Positions 53,980 to 63,873 of a stretch of 64,000 bases of DNA are shown piece after piece. The DNA comes from Oscillospiraceae bacterium. Its GTDB lineage: Bacteria; Bacillota; Clostridia; Oscillospirales; Ruminococcaceae. Below the pieces are notes generated by a model. That model had not been told where the DNA came from. It did not search any database and was given only the letters and a program-made list of their open reading frames with translations. How positions within the stretch are numbered: the stretch's first letter is position 1; each line of letters starts with the position of its first letter. Both the position numbers and the translations under genes were made by a program. The stretch covers positions 68,226 to 132,225 of the forward strand of contig JAFUOD010000002.1 of assembly GCA_017472735.1 (NCBI GenBank). Direction: 5' to 3'.

Positions 53980-55392
53980 GTGAGCGAGGTGGCAGCTTTT
54001 AAAATTAAACACAGCATTACAAAGCGCTGGCTGCTTAATTCGCTTGGAATCGTTGTATTGGTTTTGCTTATTGTGGTTGTTGTGGCTGTAATAATTGCCA
54101 ACAGCTATTACAGCACGACCGCGCGCCGCTACCTCGATTCGAGAATGGAAAACATCACCCTTGACCTTTCAAAATATACCACAGCCTCGGGCTATCGAGC
54201 CGAGGTGCGAAACATTATTGAAAGCTTTACCGACAAGGATAAGTACGAGCTTATGGCAATCAGCTCCACGGGCGAGATTACTTTGACAAGCTCGGGCTTC
54301 CAACCCTCAAGCAGCCTTAACATGAGCGACTATGAGGCTGCCAAGACTTCAAAAGAGGGTTATGCGTGGGCTGAATTTACTCTTCCCTCAGGCGAAAAAG
54401 TTTTAAGCTACACTGTTATGCTTTCGGGCATAGCACCCGAATACAGCGCAATGCGAATTATGACAACCATAAATGCCATTGATATTCAGCTTTTAGAGCT
54501 TGGCGTGTTACTTTCGCTGATCGCGCTTGCCATTGTGGCACTAATGCTGTTCTCGGGACTTTACTTTGTTAAATCAATAGTTATTCCGGTGCGTCAGATT
54601 TCCGAGACTGCCCGCAGTTATGCCGAGGGCGACTTCTCGGAGAGAATTGAAAAGGTTAAAGACGACGAGCTTGGCGAGCTTTGCGATGCTATTAACTACA
54701 TGGCGACCGAGCTTGAAAACACCGACAAAATTAAAAACGAATTTATTTCAAGCGTTTCTCACGAGTTAAGAACTCCTCTTACCGCAATAAAGGGCTGGAG
54801 CGAAACGCTTTGCGATATGGATAACGACCCCGAAACCTTCCAAAAGGGAATGAGGGTCATAAGCGGTGAGACTCAAAGACTTTCTCAGATGGTTGAAGAG
54901 CTTTTGGACTTCTCGCGAATTCAGGACGGCAGATTTACCCTGCACAAGGAGACTATGGACATTTTGGCGGAGCTTGAGGATGCTGTGCTTATTTATACCG
55001 AGCGCGCAAAATCTTTGGGCATCGAAATGGTTTATAACGGCCCCGAAATGCTGCCGTTTGTATACGGTGACCGTTCAAGATTAAGACAGGTGTTTATTAA
55101 CATAATTGATAACGCTGTTAAATATTCAAATGCGGGCGGCAGGGTAACTGTTGAAGCCTTGCAGGTTAAGTCTGATGTTGTGATACTCATTTCCGATACA
55201 GGCGTGGGCATAGCGGCGGAAGACCTACCCAAGATCAAAACAAAATTTTATAAAGCAAATCACACTCGCCGAGGCTCGGGCATTGGTTTGGCGGTTGCAA
55301 ACGAGATCGTCGAGATGCACGGCGGCAGTATTATTATAAACAGCGAGATTGGCAAGGGTACAACGGTGCAGATTTCTTTGCCAAGCCTTTAA
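53980..55392 (+). CDS. Sensor histidine kinase (2 TM, HAMP, HisKA, HATPase_c)
   Basis: H-box FISSVSHELRTPLTAIKGW, N-box IIDNAVKYS, G-boxes DTGVGI and GSGIGLA. The start codon (GTG) is uncertain. Confidence 0.9.
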   Translation: MSEVAAFKIKHSITKRWLLNSLGIVVLVLLIVVVVAVIIANSYYSTTARRYLDSRMENITLDLSKYTTASGYRAEVRNIIESFTDKDKYELMAISSTGEITLTSSGFQPSSSLNMSDYEAAKTSKEGYAWAEFTLPSGEKVLSYTVMLSGIAPEYSAMRIMTTINAIDIQLLELGVLLSLIALAIVALMLFSGLYFVKSIVIPVRQISETARSYAEGDFSERIEKVKDDELGELCDAINYMATELENTDKIKNEFISSVSHELRTPLTAIKGWSETLCDMDNDPETFQKGMRVISGETQRLSQMVEELLDFSRIQDGRFTLHKETMDILAELEDAVLIYTERAKSLGIEMVYNGPEMLPFVYGDRSRLRQVFINIIDNAVKYSNAGGRVTVEALQVKSDVVILISDTGVGIAAEDLPKIKTKFYKANHTRRGSGIGLAVANEIVEMHGGSIIINSEIGKGTTVQISLPSL

Positions 55393-55434
55393 AAAAGTTA
55401 TTAACTGAATTTATTCAGAGATTGGAGAAACAAA

Positions 55435-56412
55435 ATGAGCAAAACTGAAAAGGGCTGTGAAAACGGCTGCAAATTTAAAACACAGATCGGCGGTCAGGCA
55501 CTTTTAGAGGGTGTTATGATGCGCGGACCCGAGGTTGAGGCGATGGCTGTAAGAATGCCCGACGGAAGCATAGACGTTGAACAGTGGAACTTGCCCAAAG
55601 CAAAGTGGTATAAAAAAGTCCCCTTTTTAAGAGGGCCTGTTAACTTTGTATCCTCGATGATTGACGGCTATAAGTGCTTAACCAAATCTGCCGACAAGGC
55701 AATGACAGGTATCGAGGAGGAAGAACCCTCGAAATTTGAAAAATGGCTTACCGAAAAGCTTGGCGATAAGCTTATGGGAATAGTCATGGTTATTGCGGGT
55801 GTTTTGGGCGTTGCGCTGGCACTGCTTTTGTTCATGCTTTTGCCTGCCGCAATCACCAAGGGAATTGAATTCTTATTCGGGCTTGGCGGAATTGCCCTTA
55901 ACATGGTGGTTAAAAACATTATCGAGGGTGTAATTAAAATCGGCATTTTTATTTCTTACATTGCGCTTACCGCATTAATGAAGGATATAAAGCGCACCTA
56001 TGAATATCACGGCGCCGAGCACAAGACCATCGCGTGCTATGAAGCAGGCGAGGAGCTTACCGTTGAAAATGTTAAAAAGCATCGTCGTTTCCATCCTCGT
56101 TGCGGCACCTCGTTCATGTTCTTGGTTTTGTTCATCAGCATAATCGTTTTCAGCGTGTTCCAGGTTCCGTGGGACGTTTTGTGGTTAAGAGTATTAATAA
56201 AGCTTGCAGTTTTGCCCATTATTGTTGCCATTGCTTATGAATGTATTAAGCTTGCAGGCAGATATGACAACTGGTTTACCAAAATTATTTCAGCACCAGG
56301 CCTTTTAATTCAGCGATTAACCACCCGTGAGCCTGACGAAAGCCAGATCGAGTGTGCAATTGCAGCATTTATTCCCTGCATACCCGACGAAAAAGGCTCG
56401 GATAAATGGTAA
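55435..56412 (+). CDS. DUF1385-domain membrane protein
   Basis: IGGQALLEGVMMRG..YHGAEHKTI..HPRCGTSF motifs. Its position upstream of prmC is typical. Confidence 0.8.
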   Translation: MSKTEKGCENGCKFKTQIGGQALLEGVMMRGPEVEAMAVRMPDGSIDVEQWNLPKAKWYKKVPFLRGPVNFVSSMIDGYKCLTKSADKAMTGIEEEEPSKFEKWLTEKLGDKLMGIVMVIAGVLGVALALLLFMLLPAAITKGIEFLFGLGGIALNMVVKNIIEGVIKIGIFISYIALTALMKDIKRTYEYHGAEHKTIACYEAGEELTVENVKKHRRFHPRCGTSFMFLVLFISIIVFSVFQVPWDVLWLRVLIKLAVLPIIVAIAYECIKLAGRYDNWFTKIISAPGLLIQRLTTREPDESQIECAIAAFIPCIPDEKGSDKW

Positions 56413-57557
56413 ATTCGTTAAACCTTTTTAAAGAGGTCGTTAACATACTTAAAAATGCCGAAATTGACGACGCTGACTTTGAAGCAAGAATTCTTTTAGA
56501 GTGTGTTTTCGGTGAAAACGCTCATATTAAGCTTATTACCGATAGGTTAGAGGTGAACGAAACCTCTTGCGAAAGAATAATTCAAATGGCAAACAGGCGT
56601 GCTTTGGGCGAGCCTTTGCAATATATAATCGGCGAGTGGGAGTTTTACGGACTTAGTTTTAAGGTGGGCGAGGGTGTGCTCATTCCAAGGCAGGACACTG
56701 AAACCTTGGTTGAAACCTCGCTTAAGCTGATTAAAGATATTGAAAGTCCTAAAATCCTTGACCTTTGCTCGGGTACGGGTTGCATACCGATAACCATGTG
56801 CGTTAAAAGGACTGACGCATATGCCACAGCGATCGAGCTTTATGACAAGGCTTATAGCTATCTGTGTGAAAATATTTCAATTCACGGTGTAAGCGTTAAG
56901 CCCCTAAAGGCTGATGCTTTAGACCCTCAAACAGCAGGAGAGTTTAACGAGCTCGACCTTATAACTGCAAATCCCCCTTATTTGACCAAAGAGGATATGT
57001 TAAATCTTCAGCAAGAGGTTAAGCATGAGCCCGAAACTGCCTTGTTTGGCGACGATGACGGCTTGCATTATTACCGTGAAATTGCACGGCTGTGGAAACC
57101 CTCGCTTAAAAACGGCGGGTATCTGGCGTTTGAAATCGGTATTACGCAGGCAGACGATGTGTGCGAGATTTTAATAATCAACGGATATAAAAATATAAGA
57201 GTAATAAACGATTTAACAAACCGCCCAAGGGTGGTTGCGGCGCAGAAGTTGGTTAACATCGGCGAAACTGTTGCAAGGGTTAAGCGAATGGAACAGTGCT
57301 TAGACGATGTTTTAAGTGCAATGAACAATTGTCCTCGGCAGGTGCCGCAAGATAAAGCTGTGCAGGAAAAGATAAAAGAGCTTGCGGACTATATAAGAAC
57401 CGGGCTCTGGATGCACGATTATGAATGTGATGAAAAAGGCTTGTTGCCCAAAGATTTAAAGCGAGGTGTATTGTCTCAGGATGCGCTTTATAACCTTTTG
57501 TGCGAGATTGACGAGCTTGCAAAGAGTACGGATTTTTGGACAGTTGACCTGTTATAA
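56406..57557 (+). CDS. prmC: Release-factor glutamine N5-methyltransferase PrmC fused to a C-terminal DUF4298-like domain
   Basis: EPLQYIIGEWEF, DLCSGTGCI and NPPY motifs within aa 1-281. An extra ~100 aa (nt 57258-57557) contains RMEQCLDD..LPKDLKRGVLSQDALYNLL. Confidence 0.85.
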   Translation: MVNSLNLFKEVVNILKNAEIDDADFEARILLECVFGENAHIKLITDRLEVNETSCERIIQMANRRALGEPLQYIIGEWEFYGLSFKVGEGVLIPRQDTETLVETSLKLIKDIESPKILDLCSGTGCIPITMCVKRTDAYATAIELYDKAYSYLCENISIHGVSVKPLKADALDPQTAGEFNELDLITANPPYLTKEDMLNLQQEVKHEPETALFGDDDGLHYYREIARLWKPSLKNGGYLAFEIGITQADDVCEILIINGYKNIRVINDLTNRPRVVAAQKLVNIGETVARVKRMEQCLDDVLSAMNNCPRQVPQDKAVQEKIKELADYIRTGLWMHDYECDEKGLLPKDLKRGVLSQDALYNLLCEIDELAKSTDFWTVDLL

Positions 57558-57623
57558 TACTATCGCCGAAGGTTCGGCAGCTGACAAAGTTAAAAAATCA
57601 TTTTAGATACGGAGGCAACAACT

Positions 57624-58802
57624 ATGGCAATGAAGAAACCTGCAGAAAAAAAGGCTTCGCCCGTTTCGGCGCAGTCTAAAGAAGAAAAAAGAAAGGCTTT
57701 GGACACAGCTATTGCCCAGCTTGAAAAAACTTACGGTGCAGGCGCTGTAATGCGCTTGGGTCAGAACTCGAACATGAATGTCGAGGCTATTCCCACAGGC
57801 TCGCTTACCTTGGATATGGCGTTAGGTATCGGCGGTGTACCCAGAGGAAGAATAGTTGAGATCTACGGCCCCGAAAGCTCGGGTAAAACAACTGTTGCAT
57901 TGCAAATTGTTGCCGAAGCGCAAAAGCTTGGCGGCGAAGTTGCATTTATCGACGTTGAGCATGCTTTAGACCCCGTTTATGCCGAGGCTTTGGGAGTTGA
58001 CATCAACTCGATGCTCGTTTCTCAGCCCGACTCGGGTGAGCAGGCACTTGAGATCGCCGAGGCTTTGGTGCGCTCGGGCGCTATTGATTGCATTGTTTTA
58101 GACTCTGTAGCCGCAATGGTAACAAAGGCTGAGATCGACGGCGAAATGGGCGACACTCATGTCGGTCAGCTTGCACGTTTAATGTCTCAGGCAATGAGAA
58201 AGCTTACAGGCGTTATTTCAAAGTCGAACTGCGTTGCTGTTTTCATCAATCAGGTTCGTGAAAAGATAGGCGTTATTTACGGCAACCCCGAAACCACCCC
58301 CGGCGGCAGAGCTTTAAAGTTCTATTCCTCGGTTAGAATTGAGGTTAGAAAAGGCGAGGCTATTAAAAACGGCGCCGAAATAATCGGCAACCGCACAAGG
58401 GCAAAGGTTGTTAAAAACAAGGTCGCACCCCCGTTTAAAGAGGCTGAATTCGACATTCTTTACGGCAAGGGCATTTCACGAATCGGCGAGCTTGTTGATA
58501 TTGCTACCGAGCTTGATATAATTCATAAGGCAGGCGCATGGTTCAGTTATGAGGGAAACAAGATAGGCCAAGGCAGAGAGAACACCAAGGAATTTGTTTT
58601 AAACAATCCCGAGCTTTATGCCGAAATTGAAAAGAAGGTTATTGAGGCTAAGGCAAACCTTGTAATGGCCTCTAAAAAAGATAAAAAGGCAGCAGCCTTA
58701 AGTGCGGCTTCAGCGGCTGCGGCATTGGTTGCAGAGAATACCTCGGTAATTGTTGACGCAGAGGACGATTTTGAAGAGTTTACCCCTGCTACCGAGAAGT
58801 AA
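57624..58802 (+). CDS. recA: Recombinase RecA
   Basis: GPESSGKTT Walker [11 protein letters not shown] and VLDSVAA motifs; 392 aa with Lys-rich N- and Ala/acidic C-terminal tails. Confidence 0.97.
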   Translation: MAMKKPAEKKASPVSAQSKEEKRKALDTAIAQLEKTYGAGAVMRLGQNSNMNVEAIPTGSLTLDMALGIGGVPRGRIVEIYGPESSGKTTVALQIVAEAQKLGGEVAFIDVEHALDPVYAEALGVDINSMLVSQPDSGEQALEIAEALVRSGAIDCIVLDSVAAMVTKAEIDGEMGDTHVGQLARLMSQAMRKLTGVISKSNCVAVFINQVREKIGVIYGNPETTPGGRALKFYSSVRIEVRKGEAIKNGAEIIGNRTRAKVVKNKVAPPFKEAEFDILYGKGISRIGELVDIATELDIIHKAGAWFSYEGNKIGQGRENTKEFVLNNPELYAEIEKKVIEAKANLVMASKKDKKAAALSAASAAAALVAENTSVIVDAEDDFEEFTPATEK

Positions 58803-58806
58803 TTGA

Positions 58807-59415
58807 ATGTTTAAGATAGAAAAAGTCTCGCAGTTTAAAGGCAAGACTCTGCAGATAGATTTTGACGGCAGAGAACCTATCTTCATTCATGCTGATATTG
58901 TGTTTGACTATCACATTTCGGCAGGCGTTGTTATGAGCGAGAACGCTATTGAAGAAGTCATTCGCGCTAACGATGCAAGACGTGCAAAAGAGCGTGCTTT
59001 GTATTTACTTGACGAGCGGGATTATTCATATGTTGAGCTGTTTAAAAAGCTTGAAAAGAATTACGACGAGGACATTTGCTTTGAAGTTTTAAACCGCCTT
59101 GTCGAGCTTGGCTGCATTAACGACAGACGTTACAGCAAAAAGCTTGCCGAGCATTTGTGCGTCACAAAAAAATACGGATATTACCGTGCCCGCGAGGAAA
59201 TGAGGGCAAGGGGCTTGCCAAACGAGCTTATTGACGAAGCATTGGCAGAGTTCGAGGACGACACGCACGAAAGGCTTATGTTACTTATCGAAAAGAAATA
59301 TGCAAGATATCTTTGTGACGAAAAAGGCGTTAACAAGGTTAAATCTGCGCTTGTCAGGCTGGGTTATTCTTACTCTCAGGTAAACAGCGCAATTGCAGAA
59401 TTTTGCGAAGAATAA
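58807..59415 (+). CDS. recX: RecA regulator RecX
   Basis: Three-repeat helical protein directly downstream of recA (RALYLLDERDYSYVELFKKL..). Confidence 0.8.
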   Translation: MFKIEKVSQFKGKTLQIDFDGREPIFIHADIVFDYHISAGVVMSENAIEEVIRANDARRAKERALYLLDERDYSYVELFKKLEKNYDEDICFEVLNRLVELGCINDRRYSKKLAEHLCVTKKYGYYRAREEMRARGLPNELIDEALAEFEDDTHERLMLLIEKKYARYLCDEKGVNKVKSALVRLGYSYSQVNSAIAEFCEE

Positions 59416-59437
59416 ATTTAGTTTTGGAGATTTTTAA

Positions 59438-60766
59438 ATGTCAATCAGAGTTGGAATGGTTTCACTCGGCTGCCCTAAAAACCAGGTCGATGCCGAGCAT
59501 ATGCTCTATAACCTCAGAGAAGCGGGATATGAAATAATTGCCGATGCCGCACTTGCCGATGTTGTGGTTGTTAACACCTGCGGTTTTATCGACAGTGCCA
59601 AGCAGGAGGCTATTGAGACGATCTTGGAGTTTTGTACCCTTAAAGGGGAGGGCAGGATTAAAGCCGTTATCGTAACAGGCTGCCTGGCAGAACGTTACCG
59701 TGAAGAAATTAAAACCGAAATGCCCGAGGTGGATGCTGTTATCGGCATCGGCTCGAATGAGCTTTTGGGCACGGTAATTAAAAAGGTCTTATCGGGCGAG
59801 GGCGATATTTGCACCTTCGGCGATAAGTATTCACTTATCATCGGCGGCAGAAGAATTATCTCGACCGAAAATTATGCTTATTTAAAAATTGCCGAGGGCT
59901 GCGACAACTGTTGTACATACTGCGCTATCCCCTCGATAAGAGGGCGCTTTAGAAGCCGCAAGATGGAAAGCGTTATTGACGAAGCCAAGTGGCTTGCAAG
60001 TGTCGGATTTAAAGAGATCGTTCTTGTCGCTCAGGACACTACCCGTTACGGCGAAGATATTTACGGCAAGCCGATGCTGGCTGAGCTTATGCGTGAGATC
60101 TCTAAAATCGACGGACTTAAGTGGATAAGGACGCTTTATGCTTATCCCGAAAGGATAACCGACGAGCTTATTGACGTTATTGCGACCGAAGAAAAGTGCG
60201 TTAAGTATTTAGATATTCCCATTCAGCATTGCGATGGTGAGGTCTTGCGCCGAATGAACCGCATGGGCGATGAAGCCTCTTTAAGAGAGCTTGTTAAAAA
60301 GCTTCGCAAGCGTGTGCCCGGCATTATTTTAAGAACCACGCTTATTGCAGGCTTCCCCGGAGAGACCGAGGAGCAGTTTGAACGCCTTTGCGAATTTGTG
60401 AAGGACGTTAAGTTCGACAGGCTTGGCTGCTTTGCCTACTCGGCAGAGGAGGGAACACCCGCTGCTGATTTTGAAGACCAGATCGACGAAGAAACAAAGC
60501 TTAAGCGTGCCGATATTATTATGCAGGAGCAAATGCTTATTTCTGATGAACTCAATCAGAATTATATCGGCAAGACTATTGAGGTGGTGACCGAAGGCTT
60601 TGACAGATATGCCGAGTGCTATTTCGGAAGAAGTGCGATGGACGCACCTGAAATTGACGGCAAGATCTTCTTCTCGTCGCCTGTGCCAAGAACTATGGGC
60701 GAATATGTAAACGTGTTTATCGACGATGTTATGGATTATGACCTTATTGGCAGCGTTATAGATTAA
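59438..60766 (+). CDS. rimO: Ribosomal protein S12 methylthiotransferase RimO
   Basis: N-terminal VSLGCPKNQVD..VNTCGFI cluster, radical-SAM CDNCCTYC, C-terminal TRAM domain. Confidence 0.9.
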   Translation: MSIRVGMVSLGCPKNQVDAEHMLYNLREAGYEIIADAALADVVVVNTCGFIDSAKQEAIETILEFCTLKGEGRIKAVIVTGCLAERYREEIKTEMPEVDAVIGIGSNELLGTVIKKVLSGEGDICTFGDKYSLIIGGRRIISTENYAYLKIAEGCDNCCTYCAIPSIRGRFRSRKMESVIDEAKWLASVGFKEIVLVAQDTTRYGEDIYGKPMLAELMREISKIDGLKWIRTLYAYPERITDELIDVIATEEKCVKYLDIPIQHCDGEVLRRMNRMGDEASLRELVKKLRKRVPGIILRTTLIAGFPGETEEQFERLCEFVKDVKFDRLGCFAYSAEEGTPAADFEDQIDEETKLKRADIIMQEQMLISDELNQNYIGKTIEVVTEGFDRYAECYFGRSAMDAPEIDGKIFFSSPVPRTMGEYVNVFIDDVMDYDLIGSVID

Positions 60767-60780
60767 GGTGGAGGATAATT

Positions 60781-61350
60781 ATGAATTTAGCGAACAAACT
60801 TACTTTGTTAAGAGTATTTCTTATACCGATATTTGTGTTATTTCTCCTTTGGCAGTTTACAAGCTTTAACATTTTAATTTCGCTTTTGATCTTTGCCATA
60901 GCTTCAATTACCGATGCACTTGACGGCAACTATGCCAGAAAACACAACCTTGTTACCGATTTCGGCAAGTTTTTAGACCCGTTGGCAGATAAAGCACTTG
61001 TAATGGCAGCACTTGTTTGCTTTGTTCAGCTTGGCTGGGCAGGCGCTGTGCCTGTAATGATAATCCTGTTCCGAGAGTTCATGGTTTCGGCATTAAGGCT
61101 TGTTGTCAGCTCGGGCGAGGGAACAGTCGTTGCCGCAGGTTGGTCGGGCAAGCTAAAAACCGCCTTCACCATGATCGCAATTATTGCAATTCTGTTTTTG
61201 CAGGGGTTGGTTGCAATCGGCGTTGCTGTACCTGCACTTTTGATCACCATAGTTTCACAGGTGCTGGTATGGATAGCGACTGCCTTAACCGTTTACTCGG
61301 GTGCTGAATATTTAAAAGCTTATTGGCACGTAATTGATACAAATAAATGA
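60781..61350 (+). CDS. pgsA: CDP-diacylglycerol--glycerol-3-phosphate 3-phosphatidyltransferase
   Basis: CDP-alcohol phosphatidyltransferase motif DALDGNYARKHNLVTDFGKFLDPLADK. Confidence 0.9.
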   Translation: MNLANKLTLLRVFLIPIFVLFLLWQFTSFNILISLLIFAIASITDALDGNYARKHNLVTDFGKFLDPLADKALVMAALVCFVQLGWAGAVPVMIILFREFMVSALRLVVSSGEGTVVAAGWSGKLKTAFTMIAIIAILFLQGLVAIGVAVPALLITIVSQVLVWIATALTVYSGAEYLKAYWHVIDTNK

Positions 61351-61360
61351 AACTTTTATA

Positions 61361-61389
61361 TTGACACATTAAGTGCGCTGGGTTATAAT
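61361..61389 (+). promoter_or_regulatory. Consensus promoter for the secreted GH5 gene
   Basis: TTGACA (61361-61366), 17-nt spacer, TATAAT (61384-61389). Overlaps a TGCGCTG/CAGCGCA hairpin. Confidence 0.6.
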
Positions 61390-61447
61390 TAACTCAGCGC
61401 ATTTATTCTATATTATGTAATTATTTTAAACTTTTTGGGAGGCAAAA

Positions 61448-62614
61448 ATGAAAAAATTCCTATCAGTTTTTCTTGCAGCGTTTATTTTGGTGCTTTCGCT
61501 TGCCGGCTGTGCGAAAGAACCTGTTTTGCACGAGCATAATAACCCCGAGGTTGAGGGAACCGAATATAAAACCCAGGCAGAACTTATTGAGGCAATGGGC
61601 ATGGGCTGGAATTTGGGTAACACGTTAGATGCTCCCGACGGCGAAACCTCTTGGGGCCAGCCCGTTACCACAAAGGATATGATGCTTAAGCTTAAAGAGC
61701 TTGGCTTTAATTCTGTAAGAATTCCTGTTTCGTGGGGTAAGCACGTTTCCTCTGCCCCCGAATATATAATCGACGATAAATGGATGGCAAGAGTGAGAGA
61801 GGTTGTTGATTACGCTTTGGAAGCCGACCTTATCGTTATAATCAATTCGCACCACGATAACGATATATACGAGCCCAGAAAGAACAACGGCGATGAGGCT
61901 GTTCAATATTTATCCGCTATTTGGGCACAGATTGCCCAAGAATTTAAAGACTATGACCAGCGCCTTATTTTCGAGGCGATGAACGAGCCCAGACTTGTAG
62001 GTACAAAGTATGAATGGTGGCTTGATATGAACGCAAAGGACTGCCAGTATGCTGCTGAGATCGTAAACACCTGCAATCAGGCGTTTGTTGACGTTGTCAG
62101 AGCAGCCTCGGGCAAAAACACCGACAGATATTTGCTTTCAAGCGTTTATTGCGGTGCGCCCGACAGTGCAATGATAGACGAATATATATTGCCTGCCGAC
62201 ACCGCCGAAAACAAGATCATGCTTGCCGTTCATGCCTACACCCCTTATGACCTTGCCATGGGTGACGACATGAGCATAAACAGCTTTGGCACCAACGAAA
62301 AGAACTCTATCAACTGGTTTATAGACAGACTTTATAACAAGTTTGTCAAAAACGGCGTTCACGTTGTTATTGATGAAATGGGTATCATCAACAAAAATAA
62401 CCCTCTTGCACGTTACGAGTGGGCTAAGTATTATGTTTCAAAGGCCAAGGAAAACGGCATGGCATGCATGGTTTGGGATAACGGAAACGATGCGACAGGC
62501 CACGAATCATATGCTTTGTTCGACAGACGCAACCTTAAAATCTTCGACTCGTGCGAGCCTGTTTACAAGGGCTTTATGGACGGCATAAACGGCACGGACT
62601 CGATGGGCGGATAA
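61448..62614 (+). CDS. GH5 endo-beta-1,4-glycanase lipoprotein (cellulase family)
   Basis: Lipobox LSLAGC. Carries GWNLGNTLDA, FEAMNEPR (acid/base Glu) and IDEMG (nucleophile Glu). Confidence 0.85.
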   Translation: MKKFLSVFLAAFILVLSLAGCAKEPVLHEHNNPEVEGTEYKTQAELIEAMGMGWNLGNTLDAPDGETSWGQPVTTKDMMLKLKELGFNSVRIPVSWGKHVSSAPEYIIDDKWMARVREVVDYALEADLIVIINSHHDNDIYEPRKNNGDEAVQYLSAIWAQIAQEFKDYDQRLIFEAMNEPRLVGTKYEWWLDMNAKDCQYAAEIVNTCNQAFVDVVRAASGKNTDRYLLSSVYCGAPDSAMIDEYILPADTAENKIMLAVHAYTPYDLAMGDDMSINSFGTNEKNSINWFIDRLYNKFVKNGVHVVIDEMGIINKNNPLARYEWAKYYVSKAKENGMACMVWDNGNDATGHESYALFDRRNLKIFDSCEPVYKGFMDGINGTDSMGG

Positions 62615-62650
62615 ACTAAGTATTTCTCTTTTTAAAAGGAGGGCATGCAC

Positions 62651-63676
62651 ATGGAAAGAAAGTTTTCATCATCAAAAGAGCTTTTGCAGTTTATGAAGTT
62701 AGGCTGGAACCTTGGCAACACCTTAGATGCCCCAATGGGTGAAACCAGCTGGCATAACCCGGTTACCACCAAGGAAATGATCGACGAGATTAAAAAAGCG
62801 GGCTTTAACGTTTTGCGTGTGCCTGTTTCGTGGCATTGCCACACCTCGGAATATCCAGATTACATAATCGAAAAAGATTTTTTAGACAGAGTGCAGGAGG
62901 TCGTTGATTACGGAATTGACAACGACATGGCAGTAATCATTAACATTCATCACGATGACAGACGTGTTCTGCCTACAGATGAAGGACACGAGGAAAGCCG
63001 CATTTATATTAAGGCGATATGGTCGCAGGTTGCCGAGCGTTTCGGTGATTATGATGAGCGCTTGGTGTTTGAATCGTTGAACGAACCCAGAATGATAAGA
63101 ACTCCTTATGAATGGCACCTTGATATGAGACAGGAGCAGTCGCAAAAGGCCGTTGAATATTTAAATCAGTTCAGTCAGCTGTTTGTCGATACTGTTCGTG
63201 CCTCGGGCAAAAAGAATGCAGAACGTTACTTGATGGTTTCACCATATGCCGCAAATCCGATGTATGCTTGCTTCGACGCTTACAGATTCCCTGCTGACCC
63301 GTCTAAACGTCTTATCCAGTCTGTGCACTCATATTCGCCTTATAACCTCTGCCTTAACGGAAAGAGCGAGATTGCAAAATTCACCGAAAAGGACAGGATT
63401 GAAGTAAGGCGCATTATGGAACGTCTTGACGCAAGATTCTGCTCGCAGGGTATCGATGTTATCATCGGCGAAATGGGCATTTTGAACAAGAACAACCCCG
63501 AAGCCAGATATGAATGGGCAAAATATTTTGTGGGCGAGGCTGAAAAGCGCGGTATCGTTTGCGTTTGGTGGGATAACCACAACGACCGTTCCTTCGGTAT
63601 TTTTAACCGCTATACCTGTAAATTCCACGAAAGTGCACAAAGCGTGTTAAAGGGCCTCTTCGACGGATTGGAATAA
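62651..63676 (+). CDS. GH5 glycanase paralog without a signal peptide (predicted cytoplasmic)
   Basis: GWNLGNTLDA, FESLNEPR and IGEMG motifs. No N-terminal hydrophobic segment. The ATG at 62651 is better spaced from the AAGGAGGG RBS than 62645. Confidence 0.85.
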   Translation: MERKFSSSKELLQFMKLGWNLGNTLDAPMGETSWHNPVTTKEMIDEIKKAGFNVLRVPVSWHCHTSEYPDYIIEKDFLDRVQEVVDYGIDNDMAVIINIHHDDRRVLPTDEGHEESRIYIKAIWSQVAERFGDYDERLVFESLNEPRMIRTPYEWHLDMRQEQSQKAVEYLNQFSQLFVDTVRASGKKNAERYLMVSPYAANPMYACFDAYRFPADPSKRLIQSVHSYSPYNLCLNGKSEIAKFTEKDRIEVRRIMERLDARFCSQGIDVIIGEMGILNKNNPEARYEWAKYFVGEAEKRGIVCVWWDNHNDRSFGIFNRYTCKFHESAQSVLKGLFDGLE

Positions 63677-63693
63677 CCTGATAAACAACGTGT

Positions 63694-63729
63694 ATACACC
63701 CATTGGTAAATTCTGTGGGTGTATTTTTA
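63694..63729 (+). terminator. Rho-independent terminator of the GH5 pair
   Basis: ATACACCCA/TGGGTGTAT 9-bp stem followed by TTTTT. Confidence 0.75.
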
Positions 63730-63873
63730 TACAAAAAAACACAACAAAATTATGCAACCATACAAAGTTAAATATTAAGAGCGTTTTAAGAAAAAATTAA
63801 TAAAAAAATGCAATATTTTGCTTGTTGAAAGTGTATAATTAATATATAATAGCATAAATTGGGAGGTGAGAGC

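Noticed and set aside
57558-57623. A possible LexA (Cheo) box upstream of recA, at the palindrome GCCGAAGGTTCGGC.
   Set aside because: The Firmicutes consensus is CGAAC-N4-GTTCG. Here the half-sites are CGAA/TTCG with a 2-nt spacer. The hairpin is more simply read as a stem-loop at the 3' end of prmC.
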